DNA of 64,000 nt from Macrostomum hystrix (GCA_950097015.1 CATNEN010000030.1:1736001-1800000), one strand, 5' to 3'. Shown: positions 21,627-33,956, numbered from the stretch's first letter. The notes: generated from the letters alone by a model not told the origin. Numbers and translations: made by a program.

Positions 21627-23995
21627 CTGTTTTGTTCTAGTGGGAAATCAAATACGACTTCAAATTTTGATCCCGACTTGGATTGCATTCAAGAATCAAT
21701 TGGATTTATAAAATCATCAAAAGCCATCTTGCAGCCTGTTGCCATAGACCTTTTCAGTTTTGTACTTTTATTTTTAGCAGAACAGGCTAGAAAATATTGC
21801 ATTTTATATTAGACTTCTTAAAGCCATGGACTTCTCTATAACCGCAGAGGTTATAGATGCTAAAGAGATGCTAGCCAGAGAATTTCATGTTTAAAGCTCA
21901 ATATATACCAATATTGATAGCCCGAGCCACAGATTCTATATTACCTAGATAATAAGGTAATATAGCCTAGTTAATATAGAATCTGTGGCCCGAGCAGCCT
22001 ATCCATATTTGTGATTTGGTTAGCGGGCGTGAAACGCGTTTGGGCGGGCTGCCGTTAGTTTCAACCTCGTTTCAACACGCGTATAGGCTAACTACAACGT
22101 GTATCGTTAAGTGACAGACTTTAACATTTCCAGTTCCTTCTTTGCTGAATTTTTGCACATGAAGACATATAGAAACTAGATATAATTCGAAACTTTCTTT
22201 ACTTGCACTTTTATAAACTTCACGCAAGTTAAATCAGAGAAAATTTAATCCACGACTTGATGGATCATAATGGAATTAATGCTGCAGGGCAGAGCCAAAA
22301 ACTAGTCCAAATTACAGCTGCATTTTGATTATCCTGCTGTAAGATTCTGCTCAACTGGCTCAGCCCTCATGTTACTAATTAGGGTTTGATTTCCGCCTTT
22401 ATGCAACTTTCTATCGTTTAATGGAGGTCACAAATTCCTAAACATGGGTATTCGAAATTGTTCTAAGCCAACTAATCCAGCTAGGGATAAGGGATTTGCT
22501 TACCTGAATTCTTTTTGCTTTCAATTAGTGAACTTAAAAATACCATGCTACTGCTAGTAGCGAGATCTAATTTTGTGTGGTCTCGAATGGACGCGTAATA
22601 ATGACATGATCAACTGACAAGTATTAAACATTCAATACGGTAATAAGAGGTTAACTCAACGAAAACATAAAACCAATTGGACGTACAACATACAAGAAAT
22701 ACTCAAGCAGAAAGCGAAATTAATTTATTCTGGATTTCGCGTTTATCACGAGCACCGCGGTCACGAGGGCACGATTTTTCAATAGCAGCTACTTTCAAAT
22801 TACCTAGAAAGTCTTCCCTGACTTTTTCAGGGAAGAAAGTGATGTACTTTAACCTAAATTGCACTATCAACACGTGTCCGTGTTATTGTTTATCATAAGC
22901 GCATTCCACTGCTCCAGAATTTCATGACTACGAGTACTTCCTCATTTAATATCCCTAATCCCGTGTATCGTCGCCTTCCAGCATAAATGTGATCGGATAT
23001 TCTCATTTTCTCTTGGCTTTAGGCAGGTACTTTCTCTCCCTGCCTCAGTGCCCCCACGGAGTATCAATCTAGTGTACGCAGCCCATATAGGTAGGTAAGG
23101 GGCAGGAGAGGGCAGTTGGCAGTTTGTGCTTTACCTTATGTAGGGTGGATTGGCGCTTGTTCCCCGCTCGCAGTCCTCGCCATGTCCTACGCTATAGTAG
23201 ACTCTGAGGTTTGAGCTTGGGCTGAGGGGCAGGCAGGGAGGGTTTTCTTACCTCCTTATTTATGACCGACGATTTAGTCCGTCTCTGCTTTCTCTACCAC
23301 CACCAATGCCCATGTCCAGCGTACATTGGCAGTGTAGGCTTTGGCTGGGCTTCCGCCTCAGCTTTCACCCTCCCTCCTACCCGCACGCCAACTTCTCCAA
23401 CCCCACCCCACTCCGAAAATGGCGCCCACTCTGACTCACCCAACCCCAACCCCCACCCACAGCAGACGGTTAAGTGCGGGCTAGGGCAGGGAGGGGCAGG
23501 CTGGGCAGGGCATGAAGGGACGGCAGAGAGCACAAAACGAGGTCTGAACTGAAGCCTCCCAGCCCAGTGTATCTTTATTATTTTTGTATAAGTCTAACTT
23601 GCAGGAGCAACACTTCTTTATATAGCACCGCCGAGGGCCAAGGTAAGAGTAAATTCAGCGATCGGAGAGAAGTGGAGGAGGAGAGAGGGGTCGATTGTTC
23701 GCTTTTACGTTTGCATTCCTGCTTATTATACGTTTGGTCGACCAGCTCTAGACTAGAGAATTCCACAGTGGACATTGGATTCCAGTGGACAAGTTAATTA
23801 TTTCCTTATAAATTGACTTCGAATTTTTTCATTTTGTTTTTTAAGACAAAATAATTTTGCGATAGATTAGGCTTTGTTAAAAATAGCAGAGATGAACCAA
23901 ATGCAAAACAGAGCAGTCTAAACTAGGCGTGTCCAGCAACTAGAAACACTTGACAGATTGGAATCCTATTGGCGCTCGATTCCGAAATTCCGCAA

Positions 23996-26900
23996 ATGAG
24001 CGACTCGAAGAATGGCGGCGGCAACATTGGCAGTAGGAGGCCGCCGCCGCCAGCGCCGCCTCCGCAGTCGGTGTGGGCTACGCCAGACATTGTGCCGCTG
24101 ACACCGACTCCAGTAGTTGCTGCAGCAGCAGCCGGTGTCAGACCCAGCTCTGTAGCGGGCAGATCCACTTCCAGTCTGGGCAAAACGGTTCAATTGCCGA
24201 CGCCTAGCAAGTAAGTCTGCTTTAAGGTGCTTCAGATACAGGTTAACCTGAAGTATTGGGTCTTAGAGAACGGTTTTGACGGCCCCCTGAAGTATTGGGT
24301 CTTAGGGAACGGTTTTGACGGCCCCCTGAAGTATTGGGTCTTAGGGAACGGTTTTGACGGCCCCTTGAAGTATTGGGTCTTAGGGAACGGTTTTGACGGC
24401 CCCCTGAAGTATTGGGTCTTAGGGAACGGTTTTGACTGTCCCCCTGAAGTATTGGGTCTTAGAGAACGGTTTTGACGGCCCCCTGAAGTATTGGGTCTTA
24501 GGGAACGGTTTTGACGGCCCCCTGAAGTATTGGGTCTTAGGGAACGGTTTTGACGGCCCCCTGAAGTATTGGGTCTTAGGGAACGGTTTTGACGGCCCCC
24601 TGAAGTATTGGGTCTTAGGGAACGGTTTTGACTGTCCCCCTGAAGTATTGGGTCTTAGGGAACGGTTTTGACGGCCCCCTGAAGTATTGGGTCTTAGGGA
24701 ACGGTTTTGACGGTCCCCCTGAAGGATTGGGTCTTAGGGAACGGTTTTGACGGCCCCCTGAAGGATTGGGTCTTAGGGAACGGTTTTGACGGCCCCCTGA
24801 AGTATTGGGTCTTAGGGAACGGTTTTGACTGTCCCCCTGAAGTATTGGGTCTTAGGGAACGGTTTTGACGGCCCCCTGAAGTATTGGGTCTTAGGGAACG
24901 GTTTTGACTGTCCCCCTGAAGTATTGGGTCTTAGGGAACGGTTTTGACGGCCCCCTGAAGTATTGGGTCTTAGGGAACGGTTTTGACTGTCCCCCTGAAG
25001 TATTGGGTCTTAGGGAACGGTTTTGACGGCCCCCTGAAGTATTGGGTCTTAGGGAACGGTTTTGACGGTCCCCCTGAAGGATTGGGTCTTAGGGAACGGT
25101 TTTGACGGCCCCCTGAAGGATTGGGTCTTAGGGAACGGTTTTGACGGCCCCCTGAAGTATTGGGTCTTAGGGAACGGTTTTGACGGCCCCCTGAAGTATT
25201 GGGTCTGCAGTTGCAAGGCTCAGCGGTCAGTTTCCATGATAACACTGGGTCTGAGGCTGCAAGGGTCAGCCATGAGAACAGGTCTCAGAAATGCCACTTC
25301 GCCGCCACCCAGTGAGCAGGCTCCGCGCACCGTAACCCTTCGCCGAAGCCAGCCAGCCGGTGGCTTGGGCTTCAACATAGTCGGCGGTGAAGCTCCTGGC
25401 GAGCCAATCTTTGTCAGCGCTACGGTGCCTGGCAGCCCAGCCGACCAGCCCGGCGGCCTCCGCCGCGGCGATAAGCTGATCAGCGTCAACGGAGTCGATC
25501 TGACCGCGGCCAGTCACGACCAGGCGGCTCAAGCCCTGAAGCAGTCGGGCGATCCAGCCCGCCTGGTGGTGGCCTACCGGCCGGACGATTATCGCCTGTT
25601 TGAGGCGCGCGCAGCTGAGTCGCCAACTGAGCCACCGCCTCAGCCGGCGACGCTGCCACGTGCCGCTCCGCCAGCGGGCGGCGGTCGGGCCACGCTGCGC
25701 ACCACGCAAAAGCGCAGCCTGTACGTGCGCGCCTTGTTCGACTTCGATCCTGGCAAAGACGCCGGCCTGCCCAGCAGGGGTCTGGCCTTCCGCCGGGGCG
25801 ACATTCTGCACGTTGTCAACGCCTCAGATGACGAGTGGTGGCAGGCCAGGCGGCTGACAGCGGGGGATGCGAACCAGGTAAGAAATAAGAAATATTGACA
25901 ACCTATTCTCAGGTTTATTTTGGGCCTATCCTTCAGGTTCCTTCAGGTCCTTTTCGTCGAGTTTTTTAGGTACTCTCCCAAAGGCTCTTTAATAGCCTCA
26001 CTTAAAGATTCCTTCAGGGCCTCACCTTCAGGTTCCTCCAGTGCCTTGACCCTTCATCGGGGCTTCACCCTCAGTTTCCTAAAAAAAGACCTCTCCTCGG
26101 TATTATTCAGGTTCCACAAGACCTCATCTTGCTCTTTTTCAGGGCCTCACCCATACGTTTCTTCAGTGCCTCACCCTCAGGTTCCTTCAGGGTATCACCC
26201 TCAGATTTCTTCAGGGCCTCACCCTCAGATTCCTTCAGGGCCTCACCCTCAGGTTCCTTCAGGGCCTCACCCCCAGGTTCCTACAGGGCCTCACCCTCAG
26301 GTTCCTTCAGGGCCTCACCCTCAGGTTCCTTCAGGGCCTCACCCTCAGGTTCCTTCAGGGCCTCATCCTCAGGTTCCTTAGCTGCAGTTTGCAAGCTTGT
26401 TCCAACGCCTTTCCGTGCGGGATATAAAAGAATAGAAAAGCAAAACTGCCGCTTCCTCCGAACAGGTCAGCATGGGCATTATTCCCTCCAAGCAGCGAGT
26501 TGAACGGCGCGAGCGCTCCAAATTGCGCCGCGTGAACTTCAACAGCCGGACCGGCTCCCAGTCGTCGCCAGCAGCCGATCCGCCTCTGTCGCCGAAGGTT
26601 TCGCAGCCGGCGCCGTTTTCGGATAGCTCGGTGGACAGGAAGAAGTCGGCCTCGCTGCTACGGCGACTGCAGAGCGGCGGCGCAGGCGGCGGCGGCGGCA
26701 AACCGGTTGTCAGCGGCAATGAGTCTGGAACAGCCACTGACGACGCTTCCGTGACATCCGCCTCCTTGGCTGTGGCCACCTACGAAGCCGTCCAGCAGAC
26801 TAAGCTCAGCCTGGCCAAGCCTGTGATCCTGCTCGGACCGCTGAAGGACTACCTCACCGACGCCCTGCCGGCCGCCATGCCCGACAGGTTCGGCCAGTGC

Positions 26901-27763
26901 GTTCCACACACAACTCGACCGCCACGCGAAGGCGAAGTCGACGGCCGCGATTATCACTTTCTGAATAGCCGAGAGCAAATGGAGCGGGACATCGCTAGCC
27001 AGCTGTTTGTGGAGGCCGGCCAGTACAACAGCAACCTCTACGGCACATCGCTGGCCAGCGTGCGCAAGGTGGCCGAGTCCGGCCGCCACTGCCTGCTGGA
27101 CGTGTCCGGCGGAGCCATTCACAGGCTGGAGTCAGCCGGCCTCCACCCAATTGTGCTGTTTGTGAGGCCATCTTCAGTTGATAACGTTCTGGAATTGAAG
27201 CCAGGCATTGCTGAGGACCAGGCGGCCAAGATGTACGACCGGGCAATCAAGCTGGAGGCTGAGTTTGGCAACCTGTTCACAGGTGAGTGAGGGGCGGTAG
27301 GCACCGTAGCAACCTGTGCGCAGTTTGTAGAGTACCAACCTGTTCACACAAGTTAGGTTAGGTAAATTGGCAACCTGCTCATGGGTGAGGTAGTTAGAGT
27401 AGAGTAGCAACCTGCTCACAGGTGAGGGTAGGTAGAGTAGAGTAGCAACCTACTCACAGGTGAGGCAGGTAGAGTAGCAACCTGCTCACAGGTGAGGGTA
27501 GGTAGAGTAGCAACCTGCTCACAGGTGAGGGTAGGTAGAGTAGCAACAGGTGTCAGCTTTCGGTGCGAGTTAGAACCACTTCGGTATTGGCCATTTACGG
27601 TTTTGAGACCGCTCAATATTTTTAGTGCACTCACTCGCTCACTAAACCCACAGCCGTTGTATCCGGGCGCTCACCTGAGCAGATTCTCAATCAGGCTCGG
27701 GAGGTGATCAGCCGCAAAGCCAACGAGACGGTGTGGGTAGTCACCAATGACCAGCAGATTTAA
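23996..27763 (+). CDS. DLG-like: Discs-large (DLG)-type MAGUK: single PDZ + SH3 + HOOK + guanylate kinase
   Basis: Exons about 23957/23996-24210, 25211 (or 25289)-25877, 26466-27282, 27654-27763. GLGFNIVGGE (PDZ3-like), SLYVRALFDFDP..EWWQARR (SH3), GIIPSK, CVPHTTRPPREGEVDGRDYHF, EAGQYNSNLYGTS (GK), C-terminus VWVVTNDQQI*. The 5' end is uncertain. Confidence 0.9.
24245..25206. repeat. 39-bp minisatellite (about 24 copies) filling DLG intron 1
   Basis: Unit GAAGTATTGGGTCTTAGGGAACGGTTTTGACGGCCCCCT, with 40-bp variants. Confidence 0.97.
25910..26380. repeat. 24-bp minisatellite, degenerate at its 5' side, filling DLG intron 2
   Basis: Unit CAGGGCCTCACCCTCAGGTTCCTT. Confidence 0.9.
27267..27548 (+). 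repeat. 33-bp minisatellite starting within the DLG exon end/5' splice site
   Basis: Unit GTAGAGTAGCAACCTGCTCACAGGTGAGGGTAG; the exon junction itself reads GCAACCTGTTCACAG|GTGAG. Confidence 0.9.
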
Positions 27764-29399
27764 GTGCGAGTGCTCACTGTGATCAGCTCAGAGCTCCTGA
27801 TCCGATGTTAGTCTCTTCTTTAGCTTTGGTAGCTATTGCTTTATTTGCTTGTTGCTTCTGCCAAAAGTCGCTGCCACCGCGTGCTGTCGCGTCTCCTCTA
27901 TCTTCTCTCTTTGAATTATTATTTACTATATTCCTGTTTCTGTCATTTTACTTCGACGTGCGATATGCACAGCTTGGAAATTACAGGAAATAGATCGGGC
28001 CAGATGGACAGCCAGTGGCAATTTCTTCCCCAGGTGATGCTGGTATCCATTTCACATAATTAGGGGATTAAGTGTCCGAGCTATTTGTAGGTTATACGCT
28101 CCCAATTTGTCTAATACAAATTAAATGGCATTCAATTCTAAGTTGTGTCGCAGTGACCAATGATCGAATGATTACTTTTACTTTACTTTCTTTGTCCTGA
28201 TGTTCAAGCTTTTCTTATCGGCTGTGCAGGTGATGTGTCTATTTTAGCCGCAGTTTTTTACTTTATCTTATAATTATTTGTGTACAAATTTATTAGCTTT
28301 TATTGTTTTTATCCATTGTATTTTTTGCTATCACTATAGTAGCTATATACTGAATAACTTCATTGATCAGTTAATTATTGTGAAAGCAGCGAAAGCTTGG
28401 TTGGTTATTTAAGCTAGACAAAACAGCGCTTCTCTTCCTTGTTTAACTGCACGTTGAGAGCGCCAGTGAGTGCAGGGTTTGCCTAGAGAATTTCTTAACT
28501 CGCCTGCACCAGATTTTCCTCGAAAAGTTTTTTTCGATTTTACTATGGTACCTCGTGCGAAGTCTCTTAAACAAAGCATTTTATGCTTTTTGAAAATAAG
28601 TTTCCTAATAAAAACAAAACTCGCTTGTAAACTACTTTGAGTAGCGCCGAACGTCTCTGTAACTATTTTCATAGTTAATAGTTAGCGCCCACAGTTCGTT
28701 TAAAAAACTAATATCTAAACATTGATTTTATCTAGCTGCAAATTAGTGCCTTTAATTAGGTGGAAAAAAGTGGCCAAGGTTTTTAATAATTTAGACCAGG
28801 TTTTTATTTCCGCATCCATATCAAAGTAAAGTCAGTTTTAAATTTGCACTGCTTAATGCTAGGCAGTATATTATGCAAAAATTCGTGGTTGCTTTTTCCT
28901 GTTAATTTCGCCGTATAAAAGTGTTTAAATGTTTAATTTACTCCGGATATTTTGAATGCTTCTCTTCTTTTACTATCGCGTTGCTGATTTAGAAAGTATT
29001 ATTACTAACTGATGTACTCACTTAATGGAGAACCTCATATTTTAGTGTAAGCCAATTAGACTTGAAATATGCACATGGTGGTGCAATTAACTAACAAAAT
29101 TTACTTCCTTTTCTGTGTTATTAAAAAGTGTTTTGCAATTTTGATCACCAAGAAATGCTCACTCGCATAAATTTGCGTATTTATTAGTTATTCTAGCCCC
29201 ATTACGCTAGAATTACGGGTTCATCGCTGATTCCCTGTGCCCAGTGCTCCATTTTAACTGCGTCACTGTGTAACCGCGAATGTTTACTTATCGTAGTATA
29301 TAATATATTTTTTGAAGAACCTACGAAATATAATGCGAGAAAAAACTATCGAATTAGTTATAATAATTTTTGTGAAGCCTTCCATTTTTTCATTAAAAA

Positions 29400-30425
29400 G
29401 CCCCACCTACAGGTTGCTACTCTACCTACCCTCATCTGTGAGCAGGATGCTACTCTACCTACCCTCACCTGTGAGCAGGATGCTACTCTACCTACCCTCA
29501 CCTGTGAGCAGGATGCTACTCTACCTACCCTCACCTGTGAGCAGGATGCTACTCTACCTACCCTCACCTGTGAGCAGGATGCTACTCTACCTACCCTCAC
29601 CTGTGAGCAGGCTGCTACTCTACCTACCCTACCTGCGAGCAGGTTGCTACTCTACCTACCCTACCTGCGAGCAGGTTGCTACTCTACCTACTCTCACCTG
29701 CGAGCAGGTTGCTACTCTACCTACTCTCACCTGCGAGCAGGTTGCTACTCTACCTACTCTCACCTGTGAGCAGGTTGCTACTCTACCTACCCTCAGCCGT
29801 GAGCAGGTTGCTACTCTACTCTACCTACCTTACCTGTGAGCTGGTTACTACTCTACCTACCCTCACCTGTGAGCAGGTTGCTACTCTACCTACTCTCACC
29901 TGCGAGCAGGTTGCTACTCTACCTACTCTCACCTGCGAGCAGGTTGCTACTCTACCTACTCTCACCTGTGAGCAGGTTGCTACTCTACCTACCCTCAGCC
30001 GTGAGCAGGTTGCTACTCTACTCTACCTACCTTACCTGTGAGCTGGTTACTACTCTACCTACCCTCACCTGTGAGCAGGTTGCTACTCTACCTACTCTCA
30101 CCTGCGAGCAGGTTGCTACTCTACCTACTCTCACCTGCGAGCAGGTTGCTACTCTACCTACTCTCACCTGTGAGCAGGTTGCTACTCTACCTACCCTCAG
30201 CCGTGAGCAGGTTGCTACTCTACTCTACCTACCTTACCTGTGAGCTGGTTACTACTCTACCTACCCTCACCTGTGAGCAGGTTGCTACTCTACCTACCCT
30301 CACCTGTGAGCAGGTTGCTACTCTACCTACCCTCACCTGTGAGCAGGTTGCTACTCTACCTACCCTCACCTGTGAGCAGGTTGCTACTCTACCTACCCTC
30401 ACCTGTTGGCAGGTTGCTACTCTAG
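29400..30425 (-). repeat. Inverted, expanded copy (about 30 units) of the same 33-bp minisatellite, with a 202-bp higher-order repeat
   Basis: Plus-strand unit CAGGTTGCTACTCTACCTACCCTCACCTGTGAG is the reverse complement of the 27267-27548 unit; variant landmarks recur at 29836, 30038 and 30240. Confidence 0.95.
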
Positions 30426-30658
30426 CCTGTAATAGCCCTGCTATAACATAAAAAAGGTAAAGTCCATAAAAAGTAATTTCAATTTTGAAAACCTGTTTAA
30501 AAAATGCATGGAGCACTTTACTAAGTGTTTAACAGAGCCATTTGTATTTGTTGAACGTCATTAAAGTTGATAACTGTGTGGACAGAAATGAGCAGTAGAA
30601 AAAACGCGGACATAATTAAAAAGTTGATAACATTTTAAACAGCCTGGCCCGGTAACTG

Positions 30659-31024
30659 TTAATCATGGGATAGAAACGGATTAGCGATGGGCTCCAGAGT
30701 ATCTGCTGGGCAGATTAGCACAACAGCCGGGCCGCGGCAGAGCGTTAAACCAATCTGGCGAGTCTCGTTAGTCAGCTTGTACGGATCCTCGGGGTCGCGC
30801 AGGTACTCTGTGGTGGAGTCTAGCACCAGGTTGAGCAGCGGATCATAGCCTTTGAGAATGCCTGAGCATTCGCGACCTCCAGCAAACTTGACCCGGATTG
30901 GCTTGTTAATGTACTTGCTAAGGTCAATGATGGTCTCCTTACGCTTCTTGTCTGTCTGGTTGTCACCTTTGCCACCACCCTTGCTGCCACCGCCGCCTCC
31001 AGCACCTGGCCCGTCTCCTGGCAT
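30659..31024 (-). CDS. LSM7: U6 snRNA-associated Sm-like protein LSm7, intronless, 121 aa
   Basis: KKRKETIIDLSKYINKPIRVKFAGGRECSGILKGYDPLLNLVLD..RDPEDPYKL..GLTLCRG..VVLICP..NPF matches LSm7 throughout; likely ATG at 31024. Confidence 0.96.
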   Translation of the reverse strand: MPGDGPGAGGGGGSKGGGKGDNQTDKKRKETIIDLSKYINKPIRVKFAGGRECSGILKGYDPLLNLVLDSTTEYLRDPEDPYKLTNETRQIGLTLCRGPAVVLICPADTLEPIANPFLSHD

Positions 31025-32283
31025 AGCTACAATGATTAGCATATTCCTGCTTTTCCAGAATAACAAAATGCTTTGCCACATTTTATAAACAGTTTCCTAA
31101 GTAGAATATTCTACATCTGCATAGCCCAGCAGGTGCACAAGACCAGCTTTCTAAAATGTATCAAGAATTTGTCTAACAATTACAATATATTATATTACAG
31201 GTCATAGCTACCAATAGAACCAATAAACTTATATAGATGACTGCATTTCAATGAAAAAAAATCAATTATCAGGGCATATAGCTATATTTACACAGACAAT
31301 ATAATGAAAATAAAACAATGTGTACTGTGCAATTAAATATATAAGGCCCAACCACTATCTATGTGTAGTTTTTTTTCTAGAGCAGAATTATGGCACTAAA
31401 GGACCACAGCTTAGAATTGCTAATTATCTAGGAAAAGAGAAATAGTTATTATTATTTTTATCATAGTATAAAGATTTGCTTTTACTGCCATCAAACAAGT
31501 GCTTAGTTTGTGTTACAAATGATATAATATTTTTGGGCATGTACAAATTGTCTCCAAATATGTTTTTATTTTAAAGACCAAGTTATTAAAATGACTAACA
31601 AACAAAATTTTGATATTAATATTACACCACACTAATGGGTCATGGCTGCCATGCTCAAAAGCAAAAAAATTATAGACATGGCTGCATTGTCCCTAATATT
31701 GATTCACAGCTTGCTTATGGATACTGCTGCTATGTTTATAATCCAGAACTTTGGGGCATGGCACCCATGACCTATATTAGGGACACAGCAGCTGTCTGTG
31801 ATAGTGAGTTGTGGTAATTATTGCTTAGGGATCTTGAGGGTTAGAAGTTTTACTATTAAAATAACTTTTGTGTCAAATATGACAATACTTCATAATCTGC
31901 TTGTACAAATACATAGCTCAAGTACTGACAAAACAAGTTCATCAAAGAGTGAGGAACAAACAAAGGACAGCAATCACATGAACTGAGATAAGACTAGGTG
32001 TGTACTACCTCTCTCTTTTGGATACTGATTTCCTTGGTGACAGGTTGCAGTGTTTGCTCAGCCTTATCCCACCTTTCTGCCAACAATTTTGTGATATGCT
32101 ACTAGTGATGATTCAAAATTATATTCTTTTTTTTTAACAAGGTTTTCTTTTAAAATAAAAAAAATGAATTCAAAATATAAATATGAACTTCCGATGGCAC
32201 CAAAAGAACAAAAAAATTAACTAATTGTGACCTCAAAATTGGCTATCTAAATTGGTTTTACTTTTATTTACAAGCTCATAGCA

Positions 32284-32574
32284 CATACATGCGCAACCTC
32301 CCAAATCTTAGCCGGCCGTGCGACTTAGTTTTTGCTCTATTTATGACTTAGTTTGCTCTCATTTGCAACTTAGTTCATTTCAATGCTCTAATTACAACTT
32401 AGTTTGCTCTCATTTGCTCTCTTTTTCTCTCCCCTTTTTCCTTTTCTTCACGCCTTCCTTTTTGTCCCTTGGCCCCCCATTTGATTTTTTGCGCTTGGTT
32501 GATTGGTTTTTGCGACTTACCTTGCTTGGCCCTCATTTCACCCGGCCGGTTTGGCCGGGTGTTGCACATGTATG
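32284..32574. mobile_element. hAT-type MITE (291 bp)
   Basis: TIRs CATACATGCGCAAC / GTTGCACATGTATG (13 of 14 match); 8-bp TSD TCATAGCA at 32276-32283 and 32575-32582. Confidence 0.85.
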
Positions 32575-33784
32575 TCATAGCATACAAGTACACTTTAGTG
32601 AGTGATTGCCCTCCCACATGCAGTCACTCACCAAGCTCCTCAAGAGTTGTTTGGATCAGGCACACCTCTTTTTCCTGGCTGAGAACATAGTCTCAGCTAA
32701 TCTTTTTTTCTGTTGAGCTGAATCATCCTCTGTTGTGACTCCTTATGCAGCTTGTCATGGTGGTTACAGAGGTGCAGCAACATCCAACTGTTGGGTGGCT
32801 TCTTAGGATGTTTGACTCTTAGGATCTTAGGATCTGCACTCTTTACAAGTGACTGACAGACTGTTTAAAGTCTGCTAGCCATATTTCCCATGGATTTCAT
32901 TATCACATGCAATAATGATTAAGGAACAAAGAATTAGCATGTTGTAGGGTCCTACTGACCCACAACTACCAGTGATTCCTACCTATGCTCAAAGTCTGGT
33001 CCACTTAGGTATTAGCAAATATGCTTGATTTGTGCAAGATATGCAATTGCAGAGTCCCTACAAGATATGCAGTCCCACCTAGCATGAAGTCCTGCTTGAA
33101 TTCTAGGCAATGAAATGCAACCCAAATTGCCACTTCCATGTGGCACAGTAGAACTGTGAGGCACTATAGCCTTTGTCTTTTCACACCTTGATTTTTTGAA
33201 AAACTTTAGTTTGGAAAAAAATGGATTAAATAATTTATTGTTAAATCAAAATCAAAATTTTTAGAGCTCAGTTTAGACTTGTTAATGCAGAAATTTAAAA
33301 TTGAATTGAATTTCCATTCATCACAATATACTGCATAATCAAGACTATAGAACACAATCTAGACTATGCTTAAGCTGTACCCTTAAGTACTCCCTTAATA
33401 TAAAGTTAACTTTAAGTATATAAAGTTAAAAGGCAACTTTTTGTATAGGTCTGGGCTAGGTCTAAAAAAACTGAGGAACTATCCAAATATGTGTTGGGCC
33501 TTTACTTTGGTTTCTGGCTTTTTGGTCTACTGCCATCCGTTCTGCAATTAACTTTTCTTTAAGAAAATCTTCATACAAACTTGTTTGCTATATAAACAAT
33601 TGAAACAAAGTCATCTGCTAGTGCTACAGCTTTAAATAATTGTCTCAAAATAAAAGATCATTGATATAATACATATGCAATGCACAAGTTCATATTGATC
33701 TGGTGCTTTTATGTATACAGTTACATTAAAACAATATTTGAATCATTTTAAAGGCTTATTCTCAGGGCCATCAAAACAAATGCT

Positions 33785-33956
33785 CAGTTGCATAGTGAGG
33801 GGGGTATCGGTATATTGGCCAATACCCCCAAAATTTTATGTCTCAAAATTTTTTCGCATTCAGTTTCTTTAAAAGAAATGAATTAATTTTTTTTATTCTG
33901 GATACGCTGTATAGAACCAAAACCGATATCCCCAAAAAATCCTGGCTGCGCCCCTG
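33785..33956. mobile_element. hAT-type MITE (172 bp)
   Basis: 8-bp TSD CAAATGCT at 33777-33784 and 33957-33964; right end CCTGGCTGCGCCCCTG, degenerate left end CAGTTGCATAGTGAGG, subterminal GGGGTATCGGT / ACCGATATCCCC. Confidence 0.8.

Noticed and set aside
29312-30516. LLLYLPSPVSR / TCEQVATLPTL repeat ORFs
   Set aside because: Frames of the 33-bp splice-junction-derived array.
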